A DNA stretch of 64,000 bases from Paragordius varius (Eukaryota > Animalia > Nematomorpha): NCBI GenBank assembly GCA_964247055.1, contig OZ176050.1, forward strand, positions 186,001 through 250,000, written 5' to 3'. Positions 11,101-24,583 of the stretch are shown here, in pieces (positions within the stretch are counted from its first letter, which is position 1; each line of letters starts with the position of its first letter). Under the pieces are notes generated by a model, which saw only the letters and a list, made by a program, of their open reading frames with translations, had not been told where the DNA came from and ran no database searches. The translations under genes and the position numbers were made by a program.

Positions 11101-14100
11101 TTCCATCATCACCCCAAATATTTTCGAGATCGGAGTATAAATGTAATTTTTATGAATTTTTTAAATATTTAAAAAATTTATTTTATACGATTTTAAAAAT
11201 AAAAATGGCTACCTAAAATCCAAATTTGATCAGGTGATGTCACCATAATTTTTTTTGGGTAGCCCTATGTTAGTTCCATCATCACCCCAAATATTTTCGA
11301 GATCGGAGTATAAATGTAATTTTTATGAATTTTTTAAATATTTAAAAAATTTATTTTATACGATTTTAAAAATAAAAATGGCTACCTAAAATCCAAATTT
11401 GATCAGGTGATGTCGCCATAATTTTTTTTGGGTAGCCCTATGGTAGTTCCATCATCACCCCAAATATTTTCGAGATCGGAATATAAATGTAATTTTTATG
11501 AATTTTTTAAATATTTAAAAAATTTATTTTATACGATTTTAAAAATAAAAATGGCTACCTAAAATCCAAATTTGATCAGGTGATGTCGCCAAAATTTTTT
11601 TTGGGTAGCCCTATAGTAGTTCCATCATCACCCCAAATATTGTCGAGATCGGAGTATAAATGTAATTTTTATGAATTTTTTAAATATTTAAAAAATTTAT
11701 TTTATACGATTTTAAAAATAAAAATGGCTACCTAAAATCCAAATTTGATCAGGTGATGTCGCCATAATTTTTTTTGGGTAGCCCTATAGTAGTTCCATCA
11801 TCACCCCAAATATTTTGGAGGATCTGACTATAAATGTAATTTTTATGAATTTTTTAAATATTAAAAAAATTTATTTTATACGATTTTAAAAATAAAAATG
11901 GCTACCTAAAATCCAAATTTGATCAGGTGATGTCACTATTTTGGGTAGCCCTATGGTAGTTCCATCATCACCCCAAATATTTTCGAGATCGGAGTATAAA
12001 TGTAATTTTTATGAATTTTTTAAATATTTAAAAAATTTATTTTATACGATTTTAAAAATAAAAATGGCTACCTAAAATCCAAATTTGATCAGGTGATTTC
12101 ACCATAATTTTTTTTACGTAGCCCTATGGTAGTTCCATCATCACCCCAAATACTTTGGGGATCGGACTATAAATGTAATTTTTATAAATTTTTTAAATAT
12201 TTAAAAAATTTATTTTATACGATTTTAAAAATAAAAATGGCTACCTAAAATCCAAATTTGATCAGGTAATGTCACCATAATTTTTTTTGGGTAGCCTTAT
12301 GGTAGTTCCATCATCACCCCAAATATTTTCGAGATCGGAGTATAAATGTAATTTTTATGAATTTTTTAAATATTAAAAAAATTTATTTTATACGATTTTA
12401 AAAATAAAAATGGCTACCTAAAATCCAAATTTGATCAGGTGATGTCACTATTTTGGGTAGCCCTATGGTAGTTCCATCATCACCCCAAATATTTTCGAGA
12501 TCGGAGTATAAATGTAATTTTTATGAATTTTTTAAATATTTAAAAAATTTATTTTATACGATTTTAAAAATAAAAATGGCTACCTAAAATCCAAATTTGA
12601 TCAGGTGATGTCACCATAATTTTTTGGTAGCCCTATGGTAGTTCCATCATCACCCCAAATATTTTCGAGATCGGAGTATAAATGTAATTTTTATGAATTT
12701 TTTAAATATTTAAAAAATTTATTTTATACGATTTTAAAAATAAAAATGGCTACCTAAAATCCAAATTTGATCAGGTGATGTGACCATAATTTTTTTTGGG
12801 TAGCCCTATGGTAGTTCCATCATAACCCTAAATATTTTTGAGATCGGACTTTAAATGTAATTTTTTTGAATTTTTTAAATATTTAAAAAATTTATTTTAT
12901 ACGATTTTAAAAATAAAAATGGCTACCTAAAATCCAAATTTGATCAGGTGATGTCACTATAATTTTTTTTGGGTAGCCCTATGGTAGTTCCATCATCACC
13001 CCAATATTTTCGAGATCGGAGTATAAATGTAATTTTTATGAATTTTTTAAATATTTAAAAAATTTATTTTATACGATTTTAAAAATAAAAATGGCTACCT
13101 AAAATCCAAATTTGATCAGGTGATGTCACCATAATTTTTTGGTAGCCCTATGGTAGTTCCATCATCACCCCAAATATTTTCGAGATCGGAGTATAAATGT
13201 AATTTTTATGAATTTTTTAAATATTTAAAAAATTTATTTTATACGATTTTAAAAATAAAAATGGCTACCTAAAATCCAAATTTGATAAGGTGATGTCGCC
13301 ATAATTTTTTTTGGTAGCCCTATGGTAGTTCCATCATAACCCTAAATATTTTTGAGATCGGACTTTAAATGTAATTTTTTTGAATTTTTTAAATATTTAA
13401 AAAATTTATTTTATACGATTTTAAAAATAAAAATGGCTACCTAAAATCCAAATTTGATCAGGTGATGTCACTATAATTTTTTTTGGGTAGCCCTATGGTA
13501 GATCCATCATCACCCCAATATTTTCGAGATCGGAGTATAAATGTAATTTTTATTAATTTTTTAAATATTTAAAAAATTTATTTTATACGATTTTTAAAAT
13601 AAAAATGGCTACCTAAAATCCAAATTTGATCAGGTGATGTCACTATAATTTTTTTGGGTAGCCCTATGGTAGTTCCATCATCACCCCAAATATTTTCGAG
13701 ATCGGAGTATAAATGTAATTTTTATGAATTTTTTAAATATTTAAAAAATTTATTTTATACGATTTTAAAAATAAAAATGGCTACCTAAAATCCAAATTTG
13801 ATCAGGTGATGTCGCCATAATTTTTTTTGGGTAGCCCGATGGTAGTTCCATCATCACCCCGAATACTTTGGGGATCGGACTATAAATGTAATTTTTATGA
13901 ATTTTTTAAATATTTAAAAAATTTATTTTATACGATTTTAAAAATAAAAATGGCTACCTAAAATCCAAATTTGATCAGGTGATGTCACCATAATTTTTTT
14001 TGGGTAGCCCTATGGTAGTTCCATCATCACCCCAAATATTTTCGAGATCGGAGTATAAATGTAATTTTTATGAATTTTTTAAATATTTAAAAAATTTATT

Positions 14101-14628
14101 TTATACGATTTTAAAAATAAAAATGGCTACCTAAAATCCAAATTTGATCAGGTGATGTCACCATATTTTTTTTGGGTAGCCCTATGTTAGTTCCATCATC
14201 ACCCCAAATATTTTCGAGATCGGAGTATAAATGTAATTTTTATGAATTTTTTAAATATTTAAAAAATTTATTTTATACGATTTTAAAAATAAAAATGGCT
14301 ACCTAAAATCCAAATTTGATCAGGTGATGTCACCATAATTTTTTTGGGTAGCCCTATGGTAGTTCCATCATCACCCCAAATATTTTCGAGATCGGAGTAT
14401 AAATGTAATTTTTATGAATTTTTTAAATATTTAAAAAATTTATTTTATACGATTTTAAAAATAAAAATGGCTACCTAAAATCCAAATTTGATCAGGTGAT
14501 GTCACCATAATTTTTTTTGGGTAGCCCTATGTTAGTTCCATCATCACCCCAAATATTTTCGAGATCGGAGTATAAATGTAATTTTTATGAATTTTTTAAA
14601 TATTTAAAAAATTTATTTTATACGATTT
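8106..14628 (+). repeat. Near-identical tandem duplication of a 19-monomer unit (about 3261 bp)
   Basis: Rare markers recur at a +3261/3262 offset: GCCAAAAT (monomers 8279/11540), GGAGGATCTGAC (8452/11713), CACTATTTTGGG deletions (8626/11887, 9137/12399), TTACGTAGCC (8791/12053), TGATAAGG (9988/13250), GGTAGATCC (10160/13422) and CCCGATGG (10504/13766). Confidence 0.95.
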
Positions 14629-15836
14629 TAAAAATAAAAATGGCTACCTAAAATCCAAATTTGATCAGGTGATGTCACCATAATTTTTTTGGGGTAGCCC
14701 TATGGTAGTTCCATCATCACCCCAAATATTTTCGAGATCGGAGTATAAATGTAATTTTTATGAATTTTTTAAATATTTAAAAAACTTATTTTATACGATT
14801 TTAAAAATAAAAATGGCTACCTAAAATCCAAATTTGATCAGGTGATGTCACTATAATTTTTTTGGGTAGCCCTATGGTAGTTCCATCATCACCCCAAATA
14901 TTTTCGAGATCGGAGTATAAATGTAATTTTTATGAATTTTTTAAATATTTAAAAAATTTATTTTATACGATTTTAAAAATAAAAATGGCTACCTAAAATC
15001 CAAATTTGATCAGGTGATGTCACCATAATTTTTTTTGGGTAGCCCTATGTTAGTTCCATCATCACCCCAAATATTTTCGAGATCGGAGTATAAATGTAAT
15101 TTTTATGAATTTTTTAAATATTTAAAAAATTTATTTTATACGATTTTAAAAATAAAAATGGCTACCTAAAATCCAAATTTGATCAGGTGATGTCACCATA
15201 ATTTTTTTGGGTAGCCCTATGGTAGTTCCATCATCACCCCAAATATTTTCGAGATCGGAGTATAAATGTAATTTTTATGAATTTTTTAAATATTTAAAAA
15301 ATTTATTTTATACGATTTTAAAAATAAAAATGGCTACCTAAAATCCAAATTTGATCAGGTGATGTCACCATAATTTTTTTTGGGTAGCCCTATGTTAGTT
15401 CCATCATCACCCCAAATATTTTCGAGATCGGAGTATAAATGTAATTTTTATGAATTTTTTAAATATTTAAAAAATTTATTTTATACGATTTTAAAAATAA
15501 AAATGGCTACCTAAAATCCAAATTTGATCAGGTGATGTCACCATAATTTTTTTGGGGTAGCCCTATGGTAGTTCCATCATCACCCCAAATATTTTCGAGA
15601 TCGGAGTATAAATGTAATTTTTATGAATTTTTTAAATATTTAAAAAACTTATTTTATACGATTTTAAAAATAAAAATGGCTACCTAAAATCCAAATTTGA
15701 TCAGGTGATGTCACTATAATTTTTTTGGGTAGCCCTATGGTAGTTCCATCATCACCCCAAATATTTTCGAGATCGGAGTATAAATGTAATTTTTATGAAT
15801 TTTTTAAATATTTAAAAAATTTATTTTATACGATTT
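14284..15836 (+). repeat. 5-monomer tandem duplication, 863 bp period
   Basis: The order T7 / GTTAG / T7-GGGG with AAAACTT / ACT-T7 starts at 14284 and again at 15147 (GGGG+ACTT monomers at 14629 and 15492). Confidence 0.8.
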
Positions 15837-18800
15837 TAAAAATAAAAATGGCTACCTAAAATCCAAATTTGATCAGGTGATGTCACCATAATTTTTTTTG
15901 GGTAGCCCTATGGTAGTTCCATCATCACCCCAAATATTTTCGAGAGCGGAGTATAAATGTAATTTTTATGAATTTTTTAAATATTTAAAAAATTTATTTT
16001 ATACGATTTTAAAAATAAAAATGGCTACCTAAAATCCAAATTTGATCAGGTGATGTCACTATATTTTTTTTGGGTAGCCCTATGGTAGTTCCATCATCAC
16101 CACAAATATTTTCGAGATCGGAGTATAAATGTAATTTTTATGAATTTTTTAAATATTTAAAAAATTTATTTTATACGATTTTAAAAATAAAAATGGCTAC
16201 CTAAAATCCAAATTTGATCAGGTGATGTCACTATAATTTTTTAACTATGGTAGTTCCATCATCACCCCAAATACTTTGGGGATCGGACTATAATTTTTAT
16301 GAATTTTTTTAATATTTAAAAAATTTATTTTATATGATTTTAAAAATAAAAATGGCTACCTAAAATCCAAATTTGATCAGGTGATGTCACCTTAATTTTT
16401 TTTGGGTAGCCCTATGGTGGTTCCATCATCACCCCAAATATTTTCGAGATCGGAGTATAAATGTAATTTTTATGAATTTTTTAAATATTTAAAAAATTTA
16501 TTTTATACGATTTTAAAAATAAAAATGGCTACCTAAAATCCAAATTTGATCAGGTGATGTCACCATAATTTTTTTTGGGTAGCCCTATGGTAGTTCCATC
16601 ATCACCCCAAATATTGTCGAGATCGGAGTATAAATGTAATTTTTTTGAATTTTTTAAATATTTAAAAAATTTATTTTATACGATTTTAAAAATAAAAATG
16701 GCTACCTAAAATCCAAATTTGATCAGGTGATGTCGCCATAATTTTTTTTGAGTAGCCCTATGGTAGTTCCATCATCACCCCAAATATTTTGGGGATCGGA
16801 CTATAAATGTAATTTTTATGAAGTTTTTAAATATTTAAAAAATTTATTTTATACGATTTTAAAAATAAAAATGGCTACCTAAAATCCAAATTTGATCAGG
16901 TGATGTCACCATAATTTTTTTTGGGTAGCCCTATGGTAGTTCCATCATCACCCCAAATATTTTCGAGATCGGAGTATAAATGTAATTTTTATGAATTTTT
17001 TAAATATTTAAAAAACTTATTTTATACGATTTTAAAAATAAAAATGGCTACCTAAAATCCAAATTTGATCAGGTGATGTCACTATAATTTTTTTGGGTAG
17101 CCCTATGGTAGTTCCATCATCACCCCAAATATTTTCGAGATCGGAGTATAAATGTAATTTTTATGAATTTTATAAATATTTAAAAAATTTATTTTATACG
17201 ATTTTAAAAATAAAAATGGCTACCTAAAATCCAAATTTGATCAGGTGATGTCACCATAATATTTTTTTGGGTAGCCCTATAGTAGTTCCATCATCACCCC
17301 AAATATTTTCGAGATCGGAGTATAAATGTACTTTTTATGAATTTTTTAAATATTTAAAAAATTTATTTTATACGATTTTAAAAATAAAAATGGCTACCTA
17401 AAATCCAAATTTGATCAGGTGATGTCACCATAATTTTTTAAGGTAGCCCTATGGTAGTTCCATCATCACCCCAAATATTTTCGAGATCGGGGTATAAATG
17501 TAATTTTTATGAATTTTTTAAATATTTAAAAAATTTATTTTATACGATTTTAAAAATAAAAATGGCTACCTAAAATCCAAATTTGATCAGGTGATGTCAC
17601 CATAATTTTTTTTGGGTAGCCCTATGGTAGTTCCATCATCACCCCAAATATTGTCGAGATCGGAGTATAAATGTAATTTTTTTGAATTTTTTAAATATTT
17701 AAAAAATTTATTTTATACGATTTTAAAAATAAAAATGGCTACCTAAAATCCAAATTTGATCAGGTGATGTCACCATAATTTTTTTTGGGTAGCCCTATGG
17801 TAGTTCCATCATCACCCCAAATATTGTCGAGATCGGAGTATAAATGTAATTTTTTTGAATTTTTTAAATATTTAAAAAATTTATTTTATACGATTTTAAA
17901 AATAAAAATTGCTACCTAAAATCCAAATTTGATCAGGTGATGTCGTCATAATTTTTTTTGGGTAGCCCTATGGTAGTTCCATCATCACCCCAAATATTTT
18001 GGGGATCGGACTATAAATGTAATTTTTATGAAGTTTTTAAATATTTAAAAAATTTATTTTATACGATTTTAAAAATAAAAATGGCTACCTAAAATCCAAA
18101 TTTGATCAGGTGATGTCACCATAATTTTTTTTGGGTAGCCCTATGGTAGTTCCATCATCACCCCAAATATTTTCGAGATCGGAGTATAAATGTAATTTTT
18201 ATGAATTTTTTAAATATTTAAAAAATTTATTTTATACGATTTTAAAAATAAAAATGGCTACCTAAAATCCAAATTTGATCAGGTGATGTCACCATAATTT
18301 TTTTTGGGTAGCCCTATTGTAGTTCCATCATCACCCCAAATATTTTCGAGATCGGAGTATAAATGTAATTTTTATGAATTTTTTAAATATTTAAAAAATT
18401 TATTTTATACGATTTTAAAAATAAAAATGGCTACCTAAAATCCAAATTTGATCAGGTGATGTCACCATAATTTTTTAAGGTAGCCCTATGGTAGTTCCAT
18501 CATCACCCCAAATATTTTCGAGATCGGGGTATAAATGTAATTTTTATGAATTTTTTAAATATTTAAAAAATTTATTTTATACGATTTTAAAAATAAAAAT
18601 GGCTACCTAAAATCCAAATTTGATCAGGTGATGTCGTCATAATTTTTTTTGGGTAGCCCTATGGTAGTTCCATCATCACCCCAAATATTTTGGGGATCGG
18701 ACTATAAATGTAATTTTTATGAAGTTTTTAAATATTTAAAAAATTTATTTTATACGATTTTAAAAATAAAAATGGCTACCTAAAATCCAAATTTGATGAG

Positions 18801-21800
18801 GTGATGTCACCATAATTTTTTTTGGGTAGCCCTATGGTAGTTCCATCATCACCCCAAATATTTTCGAGATCGGAGTATAAATGTAATTTTTATGAATTTT
18901 TTAAATATTTAAAAAATTTATTTTATACGATTTTAAAAATAAAAATGGCTACCTAAAATCCAAATTTGATCAGGTGATGTCACCATAATTTTTTTTGGGT
19001 AGCCCTATGGTAGTTCCATCATCACCCCAAATATTTTGGGGATCGGACTATAAATGTAATTTTTATGAAGTTTTTAAATATTTAAAAAATTTATTTTATA
19101 CGATTTTAAAAATAAAAATGGCTACCTAAAATCCAAATTTGATGAGGTGATGTCACCATAATTTTTTTTGGGTAGCCCTATGGTAGTTCCATCATCACCC
19201 CAAATATTTTCGAGATCGGAGTATAAATGTAATTTTTATGAATTTTTTAAATATTTAAAAAATTTATTTTATACGATTTTAAAAATAAAAATGGCTACCT
19301 AAAATCCAAATTTGATCAGGTGATGTCACCATAATTTTTTTTGGGTAGCCCTATGGTAGTTCCATCATCACCCCAAATATTTTCGAGATCGGAGTATAAA
19401 TGTAATTTTTATGAATTTTTCAAATATTTAAAAAATTTATTTTATACGATTTTAAAAATAAAAATGGCTACCTAAAATCCAAATTTGATCAGGTGATGTC
19501 ACCATAATTTTTTTTGGGTAGCTCTATGGTAGTTCCATCATCACCCCAAATATTGTCGAGATCGGAGTATAAATGTAATTTTTTTGAATTTTTTAAATAT
19601 TTAAAAATATTATTTTATAGGATTTTAAAAATAAAAATGGCTACCTAAAATCCAAATTTGATCAGGTGATGTCGCCATAATTTTTTTTGGGTAGCCCTAT
19701 AGTAGTTCCATCATCACCCCAAATATTTTCGAGATCGGAGTATAAATGTAATTTTTATGAATTTTTTAAATATTAAAAAAATTTATTTTATACGATTTTA
19801 AAAATAAAAATGGCTACCTAAAATCCAAATTTGATCAGGTGATGTCACCATAATTTTTTAAGGTAGCCCTATGGTAGTTCCATCATCACCCCAAATATTT
19901 TCGAGATCGGGGTATAAATGTAATTTTTATGAATTTTTTAAATATTTAAAAAATTTATTTTATACGATTTTAAAAATAAAAATGGCTACCTAAAATCCAA
20001 ATTTGATCAGGTGATGTCACCATAATTTTTTTTGGGTAGCCCTATGGTAGTTCCATCATCACCCCAAATATTTTCGAGATCGGAGTATAAATGTAATTTT
20101 TATGAATTTTTTAAATATTTAAAAAATTTATTTTATACGATTTTAAAAATAAAAATGGCTACCTAAAATCCAAATTTGATCAGGTGATGTCGTCATAATT
20201 TTTTTTGGGTAGCCCTATGGTAGTTCCATCATCACCCCAAATATTTTGGGGATCGGACTATAAATGTAATTTTTATGAAGTTTTTAAATATTTAAAAAAT
20301 TTATTTTATACGATTTTAAAAATAAAAATGGCTACCTAAAATCCAAATTTGATCAGGTGATGTCACCATAATTTTTTTTGGGTAGCCCTATGGTAGTTCC
20401 ATCATCACCCCAAATATTTTCGAGATCGGAGTATAAATGTAATTTTTATGAATTTTTTAAATATTTAAAAAATTTATTTTATACGATTTTAAAAATAAAA
20501 ATGGCTACCTAAAATCCAAATTTGATCAGGTGATGTCACCATAATTTTTTTTGGGTAGCCCTATGGTAGTTCCATCATCACCCCAAATATTTTCGAGATC
20601 GGAGTATAAATGTAATTTTTATGAATTTTTTAAATATTTAAAAAATTTATTTTATACGATTTTAAAAATAAATTTGATCAGGTGATGTCACCATAATTTT
20701 TTTGGGGCAGCCCTATGGTAGTTCCATCATCACCCCAAATATTTTCGAGATCGGAGTATAAATGTAATTTTTATGAATTTTTTAAATATTTAAAAAATTT
20801 ATTTTATACGATTTTAAAAATAAAAATGGCTACCTAAAATCCAAATTTGATCAGGTGATGTCATCATAATTTTTTTGGGTAGCCCTATGGTAGTTCCATC
20901 ATCACCCCGAATACTTTGGGGATCGGACTATAAATGTAATTTTTTTGAATTTTTTAAATATTTAAAAAATTTATTTTATACGATTTTAAAAATAAAAATG
21001 GCTACCTAAAATCCAAATTTGATCAGGTGATGTCGCCATTTTTTGCGTAGCCCTATGGTAGTTCCATCATCACCCTAAATATTTTGGGGATCGGACTATA
21101 AATGTAATTTTTATGAATTTTTTAAATATTTAAAAAATTTATTTTATACGATTTTAAAAATAAAAATGGCTACCTAAAATCCAAATTTGATCAGGTGATG
21201 TCACCATAATTTTTTTTGGGTAGCCCTATGGTAGTTCCATCATCACCCCAAATATTTTCGAGATCGGAATATAAATGTAATTTTTATGAATTTTTTAAAT
21301 ATTTAAAAAATTTATTTTATACGATTTTAAAAATAAAAATGGCTACCTAAAATCCAAATTTGATCAGGTGATGTCACCATAATTTTTTTTGGGTAGCCCT
21401 ATGGTAGTTCCATCATCACCCCAAATATTTTCGAGATCGGAGTATAAATGTAATTTTTATGAATTTTTTAAATATTTAAAAGATTTATTTTATACGATTT
21501 TAAAAATAAAAATGGCTACCTAAAATCCAAATTTGATCAGGTGATGTCACCATAATTTTTTTTGGGTAGCCCTATGGTAGTTCCATCATCACCCCAAATA
21601 TTTTCGAGATCGGAGTATAAATGTAATTTTTATGAATTTTTTAAATATTTAAAAAATTTATTTTATACGATTTTAAAAATAAAAATGGCTACCTAAAATC
21701 CAAATTTGATCAGGTGATGTCACCATAATTTTTTTTGGGTAGCTCTATGGTAGTTCCATCATCACCATAAATATTGTCGAGATCGGAGTATAAATGTAAT

Positions 21801-24583
21801 TTTTTTGAATTTTTTAAATATTTAAAAATATTATTTTATACGATTTTAAAAATAAAAATGGCTACCTAAAATCCAAATTTGATCAGGTGATGTCGCCATA
21901 ATTTTTTTTGGGTAGCCCTATAGTAGTTCCATCATCACCCCAAATATTTTCGAGATCGGAGTATAAATGTAATTTTTATGAATTTTTTAATTATTTAAAA
22001 AATTTATTTTATACGATTTTAAAAATAAAAATGGCTACCTAAAATCCAAATTTGATCAGGTGATGTCACCATAATTTTTTAAGGTAGCCCTATGGTAGTT
22101 CCATCATCACCCCAAATATTTTCGAGATCGGGGTATAAATGTAATTTTTATGAATTTTTTAAATATTTAAAAAATTTATTTTATACGATTTTAAAAATAA
22201 AAATGGCTACCTAAAATCCAAATTTGATCAGGTGATGTCACCATAATTTTTTTTGGGTAGCCCTATGGTAGTTCCATCATCACCCCAAATATTGTCGAGA
22301 TCGGAGTATAAATGTAATTTTTTTGAATTTTTTAAATATTTAAAAAATTTATTTTATACGATTTTAAAAATAAAAATGGCTACCTAAAATCCAAATTTGA
22401 TCAGGTCATGTCGCCATAATTTTTTTTGGGTAGCCCTATGGTAGTTCCATCATAACCCCAAATATTTTTGAGATCGGACTTTAAATGTAATTTTTTTGAA
22501 TTTTTTAAATATTTAAAAAATTTATTTTATACGATTTTAAAAATAAAAATGGCTACCTAAAATCCAAATTTGATCAAGTGATGTCACCATAATTTTTTTT
22601 GGGTAGCCCTATGGTAGTTCCATCATCACCCCAAATATTTTCGAGATCGGAGTATAAATGTAATTTTTATGAATTTTTTAAATATTTAAAAAATTTATTT
22701 TATACGATTTTAAAAATAAAAATGGCTACCTAAAATCCAAATTTGATCAGGTGATGTCACCATAATTTTTTTTGGGTAGCCCTATGGTAGTTCCATCATC
22801 ACCCCAAATATTTTCGAGATCGGAGTATAAATGTAATTTTTATGAATTTTTTAAATATTTAAAAAATTTATTTTATACGATTTTAAAAATAAATTTGATC
22901 AGGTGATGTCACCATAATTTTTTTTGGGCAGCCCTATGGTAGTTCCATCATCACCCCAAATATTTTCGAGATCGGAGTATAAATGTAATTTTTATGAATT
23001 TTTTAAATATTTAAAAAATTTATTTTATACGATTTTAAAAATAAAAATGGCTACCTAAAATCCAAATTTGATCAGGTGATGTCACCATAATTTTTTTTGG
23101 GTAGCCCTATGGTAGTTCCATCATCACCCCAAATATTGTCGAGATCGGAGTATAAATGTAATTTTTATGAATTTTTTAAATATTTAAAAAATTTATTTTA
23201 TACGATTTTAAAAATAAAAATGGCTACCTAAAATCCAAATTTGATCAGGTGATGTCGCCATAATTTTTTTTGGGTAGCCCTATGGTAGTTCCATCATCAC
23301 CCCAAATATTTTCGAGATCGGAGTATAAATGTAATTTTTATGAATTTTTTAAATATTTAAAAAATTTATTTTATACGATTTTAAAAATAAAAATGGCTAC
23401 CTAAAATCCAAATTTGATCAGGTGATGTCACCATAATTTTTTTGGGTAGCCCTATGTTAGTTCCATCATCACCCCAAATATTTTCGAGATCGGAGTATAA
23501 ATGTAATTTTTATGAATTTTTTAAATATTTAAAAAATTTATTTTATACGATTTTAAAAATAAAAATGGCTACCTAAAATCCAAATTTGATCAGGTGATGT
23601 CACTATAATTTTTTTGGGTAGCCCTATGGTAGTTCCATCATCACCCCAAATATTTTGGGGATCGGACTATAAATGTAATTTTTATGAATTTTTTAAATAT
23701 TTAAAAAATTTATTTTATACGATTTTAAAAAATGGCTACCTAAAATCCAAATTTGATCAGGTGATGTCACCATAATTTTTTTTGGGTAGCCCTATGGTAG
23801 TTCCATCATCACCCCAAATATTTTCGAGATCAGAGTATAAATGTAATTTTTATGAATTTTTTAAATATTTAAAAAATTTATTTTATACGATTTTAAAAAT
23901 AAAAATGGCTACCTAAAATCCAAATTTGATCAGGTGATGTCACTATAATTTTTTTGGGTAGCCCTATGGTAGTTCCATCATCACCCCAAATATTTTCGAG
24001 ATCGGAGTATAAATGTAATTTTTATGAATTTTTTAAATATTTAAAAAATTTATTTTATACGATTTTAAAAATAAAAATGGCTACCTAAAATCCAAATTTG
24101 ATCAGGTGATGTCACCATAATTTTTTTTGGGTAGCCCTATGGTAGTTCCATCATCACCCCAAATATTTTCGAGATCGGAGTATAAATGTATTTTTTATGA
24201 ATTTTTTAAATATTTAAAAAATTTATTTTATACGATTTTAAAAATAAAAATGGCTACCTAAAATCCAAATTTGATCAGGTGATGTCGCCATAATTTTTTT
24301 TGGGTAGCCCTATGGTAGTTCCATCATCACCCCAAATATTTTCGAGATCGGAGTATAAATGTAATTTTTATGAATTTTTTAAATATTTAAAAAATTTATT
24401 TTATACGATTTTAAAAATAAAAATGGCTACCTAAAATCCAAATTTGATCAGGTGATGTCACCATAATTTTTTTGGGTAGCCCTATGGTAGTTCCATCATC
24501 ACCCCGAATATTTTGGGGATCGGACTATAAATGTAATTTTTATGAAGTTTTTAAATATTTAAAAAATTTATTTTATACGATTT

